Positions 12,237-24,188 of a stretch of 64,000 nucleotides of DNA are shown one piece after another; the stretch's first letter is position 1, and each line of letters starts with the position of its first letter. This DNA is from Amphiscolops sp. MND2022 (Eukaryota): contig OZ076410.1 of NCBI GenBank assembly GCA_964187785.1, positions 47,058,001 to 47,122,000 on the forward strand, read 5' to 3'. The notes under the pieces were generated by a model. The model was not told where the DNA came from. It did no database searches and saw only the letters and a program-made list of their open reading frames with translations. The position numbers and the translations under genes were made by a program.

Positions 12237-12376
12237 GAAGATTTAATTCCTTTTATACACAGAGGCGAAGCGGTGCTTCGCAACACATGACGAAGACATC
12301 GATTATTTTAATATGCGTATATCTATCATTTTAATCGCATGCGTATATATTCAACAGTTCAACTTTGTTCAATAAC

Positions 12377-12447
12377 GTCCCTATGGCACAGTGGTCAACA
12401 CTTATGCCGTGCAATCGGGAGGCTGCAGGTTCGAATCTCTCTGGGGT
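12377..12447 (+). other. tRNA-like sequence (SINE head or tRNA pseudogene)
   Basis: Box A TGGCACAGTGG and box B GGTTCGAATC at tRNA spacing. Acceptor and anticodon stems pair poorly. Confidence 0.55.
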
Positions 12448-12736
12448 TTTGGCTTTATTCTAAAAAGCGTTCATTATGAAGTTGACTATATAGTGGAAAA
12501 AAATTTTAGATGGACTGCAATGCACATTGACTTCATAATGTGCAATAAAGGAACATTCAACCAGTTGTAATGTAAACTGAGTTGATAAAAACTAAGAGCG
12601 GCAGATGCTACAGAGACATTTTATAAACCAGGAGCAGCTTCGGTCTAAATTGAACATTGGGACTTGATTGCGTAGGTATGTCATGAGTTCATGTTTAAAT
12701 TTTTCAGTTGGGTCAAAAATGTCGATCTCTTTTGTG

Positions 12737-13289
12737 GGTTACCAGTCACTTGGCTTAATACCATTTGGCTTAATTTTTTCGTCGAGTCATTTGGCTTAAA
12801 AATTTTAAGCCAAGTGACCACAAAATTAAGCCATCTCCATTCCAACTCGAGGAATAAAAATGTCAACGAAAATATCATAATGTGGGGCATATGCGGTGTA
12901 TGCACGCTCGCCCTCACCGTCGCAAAGACCAGCTCCCACTACGATCGCTTCGCGATCTCCGTTCCCGCTAGGTCTTTGCTCCTGTTCGACCTCGCTTAGC
13001 AAGATGGGAATATAGGCGGCCCCAAGGGGCCGCAGGGCACTAGAGGAAATGGGGACATATCCGAGGGGTACTTGATATGACATGTTATAATAGTACGCTG
13101 ACTACGTTATAAAGATAAATTCGACAAAATCTGCCACATGTTTTTAACTAAGTGGTTTTAAGTCAAATGACTTTAAGCCAAGTGACCAATACCCGAGACA
13201 CTTAGCTTAAAAAAATTAAGCCAAGTGACCAATCGTATTAAGCCAAATGACTTTAAGCCAAATGGCATTAAGCCAAGTGACCATTTACC
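12737..13289. mobile_element. 553-bp non-autonomous TIR element (Merlin- or MULE-like), 8-bp TSD
   Basis: TSD CTTTTGTG at 12729-12736 and 13290-13297. Termini GGTTACCAGTCACTTGGCTTAA and TTAAGCCAAGTGACCATTTACC. Multiple TTAAGCCA subterminal repeats. Confidence 0.9.
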
Positions 13290-13618
13290 CTTTTGTGGCG
13301 AGGTAGTTGGAGTAGTCACAGACTCTTTGGAAGAAGGAGTCTCTCGTGGAAAATTTGCGACATCTTTGGACTGGCAGCAGTTGTTGGTATTTAGAACTCC
13401 TGAGATCCTTGCAACGTTTGCTGAAACAAACAAAGGTGCTATGATTTAGGTCAAATTTGTTATTTATGGCCTTGTTGAGGAATACCATGTCATTTAGGAC
13501 CAAATAGAAAGATATGGGTAGGGTATTTGACGCTGCCAGCTGCTGTGAATAATTTCGTACGGGGTGGGCGGAAGTACGTCGAAGGAACGGGATCGTAAAT
13601 TAGAGTTAGTCCTCAGAT

Positions 13619-13878
13619 GGGTGAACGGAAATGGGTCGAAAGAAATGGGTCGAATCGGCCTCCTGTGTCATTGGTCGAACCTTCACCGTTTCGGAATTGG
13701 GTCGAATGGACTTGGGTCGACCTTGAAAAATGCCAAGTTCAAGGGAGACAACATATTGATTTCGACCCAAGTCCATTAGACCCAATTCGACCTCAGTCAA
13801 TTCGACCTAAGTTATTCGACCAAAAGGGTCGACCTAATTCTTTTCGACCTATTTCATTCGACCCATTTCATGCAATCC
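13619..13878. mobile_element. 260-bp MITE, GG termini, 9-bp TSD (MULE-like)
   Basis: TSD TCCTCAGAT at 13610-13618 and 13879-13887. Arms are arrays of GGGTCGAA and TTCGACCC. Confidence 0.9.
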
Positions 13879-13949
13879 TCCTCAGATCGACATACCAAAT
13901 TTTTGAATGGGATCGAAACAACTCGGATCGAAATTTTTATAACAGGAAG

Positions 13950-16900
13950 TATTCAACCATATGGATAAAAAACTCTCAAAATAGAATCTACCCACAGGTT
14001 AGGTCAACCCAAAGCTGATATGTCAAGACCAAGGCCGCTCCTGATTCGTTTTGCCACAGAATGGGATGCCAGGAAATGTCTTTCAAAATCCTACAGACTG
14101 AAAAATTATCATGAACGAATATTCATATCACAATCTCTGAATAAAGAAGATCAGGCAACCAAACGGAAGCTTTTGCAGAAACGGTATGAAATGATCAACA
14201 GTGACGGAGTACAACGAGATGAAATCAAAGTGAAAGGTTTTAAGCTTTTCAGAAACGGAACTGAAGTTACCTTCCAAAAGTGACTGCAGATGAAAATTTG
14301 CCTCTTGAATGCACAAAGTGTTATCAGTCTCCAGCAACGATTGAAACTAGTCAACATCTTGAGTTTGCACTCACCTGATTTGGTTTTTCTCACTGAAACT
14401 TGGTTATACCCAGAAATCGAAGACTCTGAAGTCTGCCCATTGAAATGTAACTACTCAATCATTGCAGACAAGATCGCTCTGGTGGCGAACACGGCGATGT
14501 CCTCGTTGCTGCCAAAAAGGATTTCTGTTTCAACTACTATGACGTAACTCAGAAAATTGGACGCAATATGAAAATTGGCCAAATCAATGATTTAGCCGTC
14601 ACTATTTCCATTACGACCATCCAGGGTTCTCAGTTGTTCCTTTTAATTTACAATCCACCATCGACATCTCCATATCGAATCGAAGCGAACCTTTTGGCTG
14701 ATTGGATCTCCTCGTGTTATGCTAAGTTTGAAATCAATTATCTCAGCTCTTTCTCCATTTTAGGAGACCTCAATCTGAATGATGTTTGCAGGGCAACTGT
14801 AACCGGTCAGAGCGACTATTCCAGAAGCTTCTTAGTTCAAACTCAAGCGATGAATCTTAATCCTTTAGTTTTTGAGCCTACTCATAAGTCTGGTAGCACT
14901 CTGGATATAATTCTAACCTCACATTCCGAGCTATTCAATGTTTATGTTGACTCCCATCTCTACTCTGATCATTACCCTGTTTTTGCTTTGCTAAACCTTC
15001 CTATCCCCTATTCAGAGCCAGCTACTAATACATCAATTATGTATTCTTTGTCATCTTTTTCTAGTACTCTGTTCAACTCTCATTTATCCAATGGTTTCGA
15101 CACACTACGGGCACTACCAAATTGCAGCTTCAGTGATGTTTCTATGGAAGAATATTTCTCATTGTGGCAACAAACAGTGTTGTACGCTCTAAATATGTCT
15201 TGCAAAATCAAATCTTCTCGCCGATCACAGTATCCGTATTTCTATTCCTCCCACTCAATTCACCTGATCAACAAACTTCGTACAGCTGAAAAATTTAACT
15301 ACAGAAATGGTACCAATGAAAGGTTAAAACAAGAGATTAGTTTGTCAGTTGAATTAGACAAAACAGTCCTCCTTGAAAATCTATCTCCTGTCTCCACTCG
15401 TTCTTGCTTCAAGTTTTTACGCTCTTTCCTTTCGAATCACTTGCCAAATCAAATGAACTGGAACACACTGAAAGCAAACACCAGTAACGAAATTGCTAAT
15501 CTGTTCAATAGTTATTTCAGCTCTGTCTTCCAGAAAAGTTTAGATATACCTTTGCAACCACCTGAACTACCTACAATCCGTTTGGAAGATTTTACCATCA
15601 ATCCCTCTGAAGTCGCAGATTTACTCTCGAAAGCTGAAAATTGTTCATTGAGCTCAGACCCTATTCCTACTTTTTTGCTGAACTCATGCTCAGATATTCT
15701 GGCTCCGCTGGCCACTCAACTTAAGATGGCCAAGTGAATGGAAATGCTCATATATAACACCGATATATCAGTCTGGAAACCCCGAAAGTGTGGAAAATTA
15801 TCGGCCCATCCGCATTTTACCACAGCTCTCAATTATTCTTGAAAAATTGCTCTTCCGACACATATACCCGCAAGTGCGATTATCAATCTGTGATGATCAA
15901 CATGGTTTCACAAAGAAGCGCTCTCCTATTACCCAGCTCTTACCCTATCTAGACGATTTGTACAATCAAAGAGATATTAACGCTTCTAGTTATGCTATCT
16001 ACTTCGACTTTCGGAAGGCTTTCGATTTAGTTCCACATCATATTCTTCTGGGAAAACTGGCAAATTTTAGCTTTGATGAAGATTTTTTGATGTTATTCAA
16101 GTCCTACTTATACTCAAGGTCACAACGAGTATCAATAAATGGCTCCCTCTCCCAGATGGTGGATATTAATAGCAGTGTACCTCAAGGCAGTGTCCTCGGA
16201 CCTCTTTTCTTCATTATTTTTTTGAATGATCTTCCTGACAAAATTGTCAATTCCTCATGCTATTTGTTTGCAGATGATAGTAAATTACTGTCTCTCCTGA
16301 CCAAACCTGATTTACAAAGGGATATTGATCACTTTACTGAATGGGCTTACAGGAACAAAATGGAATATAACATTGACAAGTGCAGGTCAACCACTTTCGA
16401 GGAAAAATTAGCGTCGTCGGATCCTCTGTTTCTGAACGGTAATATTGTCCCCACCGTTGACTCAATTGAAGACCTTGGAATCACCATTTCAAATAATTTT
16501 ACACGGGACAACCATAATAAAAAAAAATTGGTGGCTGCTAGAAAAGCTTATCATTTCTTGAAGCGCTCAATTCCTCATAGTGTTAGTTCTTGCACGAAGC
16601 TTATGTACTACAGGTTGTGTGTTCAGAGTATTATACTATACGGATCCCAAATATGGTACCCCTCCATTAATTACCGACGGAAGTTGGAAATATTCAATAA
16701 AGAATGTCTTTTTTGGGTAACTGGTTTACAAAATTACTCACAGCAGCTGGCAGCGTCATATACCCTACCCCTATCATTCTATTTGGTCCTAAATGACATG
16801 GTTTTCCTCAACAAGGCCATAAATAACAAATACGACCTAAATCTCAGCACCTTCATTCTTTCAGCAAACGATGCAAGGATCTCAGAAGTCCCAAATACCA

Positions 16901-17197
16901 ACAACTCCTGCCAGTCAAAAGATGTCGCAAATTCTCCACGAGAGACTCCTTCTTCCAAAGAGTCTGTGACTACTCCAACTTCCTCGCCACAAAAAAGATT
17001 GACATTTTTGACCCAACTAAAAAATTTAAACATGAACTCATGGCATACCTACGCAATCAAGTCCCATTGTTCAATTTAGACCGAAGCTGCTCCTGGTTTA
17101 TAAAATGTCTCTGTAGCATCTGCCGCTCTTAGATTTGATCAACTCAGTTTGTAAATGCCTACATTACAACTGCTTGAATGTTCCTTTATATAAAAAG
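13950..17197 (+). mobile_element. CR1-group LINE copy B, 5'-truncated, same family as copy A, frameshifted
   Basis: ORF1 tail RPRPLLIRF (14020-14283). APE LNAQS...LTETWL...LGDLN...SDHYPV (14290-15737). RT ENYRPI, HGF, YFDFRKAFD, PQGSVLGP, LFADD (15790-17079). The 3' UTR matches the reverse complement of 12545-12736. Confidence 0.92.
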
Positions 17198-17342
17198 NNN
17201 NNNNNNNNNNNNNNNNNNNNNNNNNNNNNNNNNNNNNNNNNNNNNNNNNNNNNNNNNNNNNNNNNNNNNNNNNNNNNNNNNNNNNNNNNNNNNNNNNNNN
17301 NNNNNNNNNNNNNNNNNNNNNNNNNNNNNNNNNNNNNNNNNN
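17198..17342. other. Assembly gap (145 N)
   Basis: Run of N. Confidence 1.
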
Positions 17343-20300
17343 TGTTCACATACCCCTAGTGCCCTGAATGCAGGAGCGAAGCGAAACGGAGCGACGTGCC
17401 ATATGGCCATGCCTCAATGTTGATACTTGGCGAAGGGAGCGAAGCGACCGAGCCATACAACAAATACGAGAAAATTTGACCGCATTCCATTCGATCCCTG
17501 CAATTCGATCAAAAGGTTCGACCTCTGTCCTTTCGACCAGAAAAATTCGACCAATTTACAGCCACCCATTTCGTAAACCAGTTACCCAAAATAGGCATTC
17601 TTTTTTGAATAGTTCCAACTTCCGTCGGTAATTAACGGAAGGGTACCAAATTTGGGATCAGTATAGTATAATACTCTGAACACACAACCTGTAGTACATA
17701 AGCTTCGTGGAAGAACTGACACTATGAGGAATTGAGCGCTTCAAGAAATGATAAGCTTTCCTAGCAGCCACCAATTTCTTTTGAATATGGTTGTCCCATT
17801 TAATTTTGTTTGAAATGGTGATTCCAAGGTCTTTAATTGAGTCAATGGTGGGGACAATAATACCGTTCAGAAACAGAGGATCCGACGACGCTAATTTTTC
17901 CTCGAAAGTGATTGATTTGCACGTGTCAATGTTATATTCCATTTTGTTCCTGTAAGCCCATTCAGTAAAGTGACCAATATCCTTGTGTAAATCAGGTCTG
18001 GTCAGAACAAACAGTACTCTACTATCACCTGCAAACAAATAGCATGGGAATTTGACAATTTTGTCAGGAAAATCATTCATAAAAATGATGAAGAAAAGAG
18101 GTCCGAGGACACTGCCTTGAGGTACTCCCCAATTGATATCCACCATCTGGGAGATGGAACCATTTATTGATACTCGTTGTGACCATGAGTATAAGTAAGA
18201 CTTGAATAAGATCGAAAAATCTTCATCAAAGCTAAACTTTGCCAGTTTTTTCAGAAGAATATGATGTGGAACTAAATCGAAAGCCTTCCGAAAGTCGAAG
18301 TAGATAGCATAACTAATGCGTTAATATCTTTTTGGTTGTACAAATCGTCTAGATAGGGCAAGAGCTGGGTAATAGGAGAGCGCTTCTTTGTGAAACCATG
18401 TTGTTCATCACAGATTGATAATCGCACTTGCGGGTATATGTGTCGGAAGAACAATTTTTCAAGAATAAGTGAGAGCTGTGGTAAAATGCGGATGGGCCGA
18501 TAATTTTCCACACTTTCGGGGTTTCCAGACTGATATATCGGTGTTATATATGAGCATTTCCATTCACTTGGCCATCTTAAGTTGAGTGGCCAGCGGAGCC
18601 AGAATATCTGAGCATGAGTTCAGCAAAAAAGTAGGAATAGGGTCTGAGCTCAATGAACAATTTTCAGCTTTCGAGAGTAAATCTGCGACTTCAGAGGGAT
18701 TGATGGTAAAATCTTCCAAACGGATTGTAGGTAGTTCAGGTGGTTGCAAAGGTATATCTAAACGTTCTGGAAGACAGAGCTGAATTAACTTTTGAACAGA
18801 TTAGCAATTTCGTTACTGTTGTTTGCTTTCAGTGTGTTCCAGTTCATTTGATTTGGCAAGCGATTCGAAGAGAAAGAGCGTAAAAATTTGAAGCAAGAAC
18901 GAGTGGAGACAGGAGAAAGATTTTCAAGGAGGACTGTTTTGTCTAATTCAACTGATAAACTAATCTCTTGTTTTAACCTTTCAATGGTACCATTTCTGTA
19001 GTTACATTTTCAGCTGTACGTAGTTTGTTGATCTAGTCAATTGAGTGGGAGGAATAGAAATACGGATACTGTGATCGGCGAGTAGTTTTGATTGTGCAAG
19101 ACATATTTAGAGCGTACATCACTCTTTGTTGCCACAATGAGAATTTTTTCCATAGAAACATCACTGAAGCTGCAATTTCGTAGTGCCAGTAGTGTGTCGA
19201 AACCATTGGATAAAAAAGAGTTGAACAGAGTACTAGAAAAAGATGATAAAGAGTACATGCTTGTTGTATTAGTAGCTGGCTCTGAATAGGGGATAGGAAG
19301 GTTTAGCAAAGCAAAAACAGGGTAATGATCAGAGTAGAGATCAACATAAATATTGAAAAGCTCGGAATGTGAGATTAGAATTATATCCACAGTGCTACCA
19401 GACTTATGAGTAGGCTCAAAACTAAAGGATTGAGGTTCATCGCTTGAGTTTGAACTAAGAAGCTTCTGGAATAGTCGCTCTGACCGGTTACAGTTGCCCT
19501 GCAAACATCATTCAGATTGAGGTCTCCTAAAATGGAGAAAGAGCTGAGATAATTGATTTCAAACTTAGCATAACACGAGGAGATCCAATCAGCCAAAAGG
19601 TTCGCTTCGATTCGATATGGAGATGTCGATGGTGGATTGTAAATTAAAAGGAACAACTGAGAACCCTGGATGGTCGTAATGGAAATAGTGACGGCTAAAT
19701 CATTGATTTGGCCAATTTTCATAATGCGGCCAATTTTCTGAGTTAGGTCAGAGTAGTTGGAGCAGAAATCCTTTGACACCAGCGTGTTCGCCACCAGAGC
19801 GATCCTGTCTGGCAATGATTGAGTAGTTACATTTCGATGGGCAAACTTTAGAGTCTTCGATTTCTGGGTATAACCAAGTTTCAGTGACAAAGACCAAATC
19901 AGGTGAGTGAAAAACTTAAGAAGTTGAGTTGTTTCAATCGTTGCTGGAGACTGATAACACTTTGTGCATTCAAGAGGCTAAATTTATCTGCAGTCACTTC
20001 TGGAAAGTAACTTCAGTTCCGTTTCTGAAGAGCTTAAGACCTTTCACTTTGATTTCATCTCGTGGCACTCCGTCAGTATTGATCATTTCATGCCGTTTCT
20101 GCAGAAGCTTCCGTTTGGTTGCCTCATCTTCTTTATTCAGTGATTATGTTATGGAGTTGTCAGCTTCGAAAGACGACTTAAAAGTTCTTTCATTCTCAAC
20201 AAGACCATTTATGATTATCTCACGAAATTTACTCTCTTCATTTACATGTTTTTTGACAGGTTCAGGGGTTGGTCTGAGGGCAGATTGGATTTCAGTTGAG

Positions 20301-20789
20301 GAATTTTGAATTGATTTCATACTACGTTTCAACTTTTTGGCATCAACAATATGATTGTTCTTAGCTTCAGGGTTGAAGATGTCATCATTGAGGCAGGAAT
20401 CGCAGAGCCAGAGACATCCTTTGATTCGTCCAATCAACTTGACATCCTCCTCAGACAGGCTTGCACAAGCTCCATGGTACCAAAGAGAGCAGTTGTCACA
20501 CGCGATGCCAAATTTGTCCACATCTTTGACAGTCCTCTTGCAACTGCCACACTTGGATGATGAAGTAGAGGCTTTAGTCATCACAACCGGAAACTATTTA
20601 ATAAGTTTATCACAACAATTAGGCTATCACAACAATAGCAACAACGAACGTAGGTTACCCCATACTAGCCACTATCCCAGTAGACCAGTAACAAAATAAC
20701 AACCAACAAACTAATCATACCGGCCACTATCGCAGTTGACCGGTAGAAATTTTTTTAAGCTGCACTGATATAGAGGTTTTTTACAAAAA

Positions 20790-21340
20790 AAACTGCAATA
20801 AATTTCTTTGAACGCATCTCTGTCGCTGACAGTTCCTAGAACACAGGCCGCATTGCCGATCTGAAGAGCCATTGAAATCCGCTGCTTCAAAAAGCAGCCA
20901 GCTCGTTGATCGTTGTGCGACCGACAGAGCATTTTACAGAGACGCGTGATGAAAATTTCACTGCTCTCGCCAATGAACCATGTACTTCCAAGGCCACCGG
21001 TTGAAAAATGTATCCATTGTCTATTATTCGCGATACTTCTCAATTTCACGCGCTTCAGCCTCTGTGACGGTGGTTCCCGGGTTACATAAAGAGCCTTGAG
21101 TCAGGCGACTGGGTGCAAAAGCATCCAAAACCGCGACATCCCACACCAGCTGTTTACCCAATTCCCAAGGAATCATGGTAATACCGTCTGGGCGTTAGCC
21201 ATCGGTTCGGTACAGTCCACGCGGTTCGAGCCTCGAAGGCAAGTCGAGAGATCCCAACGTCTGTTTTATGAGAGAATTGAGAGTAGCATGACGTGAGAAG
21301 CGACCAGCACTCTTGGTGCAAGAAAAACCGTAAATAGAGA
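20790..21340 (-). mobile_element. 3' fragment of a CRE-like non-LTR retrotransposon (restriction-like endonuclease domain)
   Basis: Minus-strand translation gives [62 protein letters not shown]...EAEAREIEKY...FLKQRISMALQIGNAACVLGTV, i.e. the RH..LN, RPDG, WDV and QRIS..Q.GNA pattern of CRE-clade RLE. Confidence 0.82.
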
Positions 21341-21676
21341 ACAAATTAGAGACCATAATTTAAGCAAGAAAGCTCAAAATTAGAGACCAAATTATTTTGC
21401 ATAGGGCTGAGGGAACAGTCTTCAATGTTCATTCAATAAGGTTACCTGAAGGTTTTATTTCGTAGCTCATTCATGCATTACAATTAGGCTTCTGATTCGT
21501 TGTTGTTTTCCTCGAAGTAGTCAAACATCACAATGGGCGACAGTCCTTAAGATATCACTTGTCTGAAATTGAATTTTTTCGACCACGTGCCTAATTGTTG
21601 TGATAAACTTATTGATTAGAAATATTTATTAGGTTTATCACGTGCGATTTCTGATACTTGATTGATTGTTTCGTAC

Positions 21677-22727
21677 ATGTTCTTCATACTTGGCGCAAGC
21701 TCCCTTCATCACGCCCTGAGAACTCTACCGAAACAACAGCAGCAACAGCTATCTCAACGTGTTCGTGCTATACCCGGCTTGAGCTTCATCACTCATTCAG
21801 TAAACACACGCAAAACATTTGAATTTCAATTGTCAAAGTTCTTGCCACATCATGCAGTTTTGATCTGGCATGACTTTATCAACAATTCAACTTCCGAGCA
21901 CGCTAGTAACAACAACAGGCCTCTTTCGTTGGATGAACTCCTTCAAGTCCTGTCAATATATCGGAATCGGATTGTAGCCATCGTTTACTGCCAAAGAACA
22001 AACAATGAACACAACTATCCGCAGATGAAGAAATCTCGAATCCTCCTCATCAATAATGTCAGAGATCTTCTGCCGAAGAATAAAAGACGACGTTGGGGCA
22101 TTTTTGGATCGAATGTTTGTGTGAGCGAAAAGCGAGATCGAAAATGAATTGGAAGTTTTGAGATCGATTTGTTCCGTTTTTGCCAGGTTTTTTGCTCCTG
22201 CAAAGCGTTTAAAATATTTTAGGTACTTTTCCCTACCTAATATGGGATCATATACGATATTGGCACGCTCGCACGCACACTCGCAAAGACCAACTACCAC
22301 TACGATCGCTTCGCGATCTCCGTTCCCGCTAGGTCTTTGCTCCTGTTTGACCTCGCTTAGCAAGATGGGAACATAAGCGGCCGCGGGTCACTAGAGGAAA
22401 TGGGGGTAAATCCGACGGCCGAAAAATTGTTATTTTAAAATGCTAAGTGTTTGAAAACCTTGATTCGATCACATTTTTTTGACCATTTTACTTCGATCTC
22501 AGTGACAGATTGCATATTTGCACAAAATCATTCGGTCCAAATGCCCATCGCCAAGTCGACTACCCAAAATTGTAGCTGAAAATTATCAACTCCATCAGAA
22601 ACCCAACGTCGAACTCAAAACATTTCGAGTGATATCTCACAATCTAAGGATTCTTGAAAGGCTTACGCCACAGCGGCACCTCAACAAAAGGCCGTCGAAG
22701 AGAAGAAGCCAGAAAAAAAGAATCTGA
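21677..22727 (+). pseudogene. SGNH/GDSL-fold-like ORF (~190 aa) split by a MITE
   Basis: FILGASSL resembles SGNH block I and LIWHDFINNS resembles block III. Removing 22093-22561 (469 nt) joins ORF 21662-22147 in frame to ORF 22518-22727. Confidence 0.5.
22093..22552. mobile_element. MULE-like MITE (TCGA-repeat family) with degenerate 9-bp TSD
   Basis: TIR GGGCATTT(TT)GGATCGAATG versus CATTCGGTCCAAATGCCC. Flanks AAGACGACG and AAGTCGACT. Internal core shared with 12880-13065. Confidence 0.7.
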
Positions 22728-22747
22728 ACCAGTAAATGTCTTACAGT

Positions 22748-24188
22748 CAGGGTTGCCATTTAATTGGGTTGATGATACTTGGGTTTGGGTTGCAGATTCA
22801 CTGTTTGGGTATTTGGTATTTGGGGTACAACCACTATTTGGTTGGGTATTCGGGTGGTTCGCTTTGTTTGGGGGGGTAAAAATGGGTTCCAAAAAATTTA
22901 AGCAGACCGAATCCAACAACTATGAAATTCGGAAAAGCATGGAAACATTCAAGAATGAGTAACCAACGAAATGAGATGTTTTTCTACCATGATGTTATTG
23001 AGAAAAGTTCATTTTATATTAATTTGAATAGTGCTCAATTTTATAAATTGAAGCAAACAAAAATCGAGCGCAAGAACAAACACAAAACTATATGCGTCTA
23101 CGAGCAACACGTTGGACGTCGGAACCCATATCAGTGGTGAACAAATCAACGTTTGACAAACTCATATCAAACAACGTTAGACGTTGCTTTAAGAGATGCG
23201 AAATTTCAGCTGCGCCACAAAATCAAGCGTAATGAACTAAATCATGACATATCTTTTGACTCTGAAAATACAAGTTCGCCAATATACATGATGTTTCCAT
23301 CAGCCTTCCATTTGTCAAAGCTCATCGAATGAAACTTGTCAGACTTCCTCTCCTTCAGAATGGTGGAAACTGCAGGTTTTAGAACTCGTAGTAACTGAAT
23401 GGGACCTTGTTTGCTTTTTCCACTCTGCCGATCCTTGCAAGCATTCCAATGAGTCCGCTTTGAACTAGTTCCATAGTTCACACTGATTTCTACTCGAGAG
23501 CACTTAGTGCACATCCGCTCATCAGTATTTCTACCATTAACAAATTCGCAGAAAAATTTAAAATGATAATCGTTGTTGGATCGAATGATCTTCCATTCAC
23601 TACCTTTCAATTTCTTCGGTGCTACAGGATTCTCCAATACACCATCGTCTCCTTCATCAGTATCATAACAAACAGCAGCATCGACAATTTCTGTAACATC
23701 TGAACTCTCATCAGCCATCTGAAGACAGACGCAACGTTCGGCGCTATATCACCAATATATTTTAACGTATTGACTACAATCATCAAAGACAAATCATCAA
23801 TCATAGATTTTGCCTCCTAGCACTGTGCGTTTTAGAGGTTACAACAAGCAGATAGTCAAAATCAACTCAAATGTATTTAAAATAAATGCTAAATTACTAA
23901 TTTTTCAACCTCACAAGTATCGAGGAAAAAAAGATTGAAAATCCAGGAAACATTGCAAAAGGTCTGCAGACTTTCTTTCCACCAGTCAATTCGGTAAATG
24001 GGTGTGGTGGTCAGTATTTGGGGGGTAAATTCGACTAATTGGGTATTTGCGTTGGTTGCCCTTGATAATTGGGTTGGCAATTTGGGGTCCATTCTTTATT
24101 TGGGTTGAGTATTTGTAATTGAGTACCACTATTTGTACAATTAAATGGGTTTTACCCAATTAATTGGGTTTACTATTTGGCAACCCTG
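22748..24188 (-). mobile_element. hAT deletion derivative with BED-finger transposase remnant
   Basis: Perfect 11-bp TIR CAGGGTTGCCA/TGGCAACCCTG. 8-bp TSD CTTACAGT at 22740-22747 and 24189-24196. ORF 23242-23718 has a BED-like W..F...CTKC...YGTSS...HW..C. Confidence 0.93.

Larger units (their letters stand above)
13561..17567. mobile_element. MULE-like TIR element (TCGA-repeat arms) expanded to ~4 kb by nested insertions
   Basis: TSD ATTTCGTA(C/A) at 13552-13560 and 17568-17576. Termini GGGGTGG and CCACCC. GATCGAA/GTCGAA repeats in the left arm (13561-13935) and TTCGATC/TTCGACC repeats in the right arm (17455-17567). Confidence 0.75.
12500..20745 (-). mobile_element. CR1-group LINE copy A (PHD-finger ORF1, APE-RT ORF2), decayed and interrupted by two TIR elements
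   Basis: ORF1 20144-20584 has the PHD finger CGSC...CDNCSLWYHGAC...WLCDSC. APE/RT fragments lie at 17658-19890 (ENYRPI, FRKAFD, PQGSVLGP). The 3' part continues at 13298-13560 and 12545-12736. The pieces rejoin exactly once the inserts at 12737-13289 and 13561-17567 are removed. 3' UTR stem-loop TGCACATT/AATGTGCA at 12521-12544. Confidence 0.88.

Noticed and set aside
12011-12334. Poly-Thr, poly-Leu and poly-Ser ORFs
   Set aside because: Artefacts of the (ACT)n microsatellite read in different frames.
12377-12736. tRNA head + LINE tail chimeric SINE
   Set aside because: The tRNA-like part is on + and the LINE tail on -, and the tail is the true 3' end of LINE copy A.
17135-17423. ORFs spanning the N run
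   Set aside because: Artefacts of the assembly gap.
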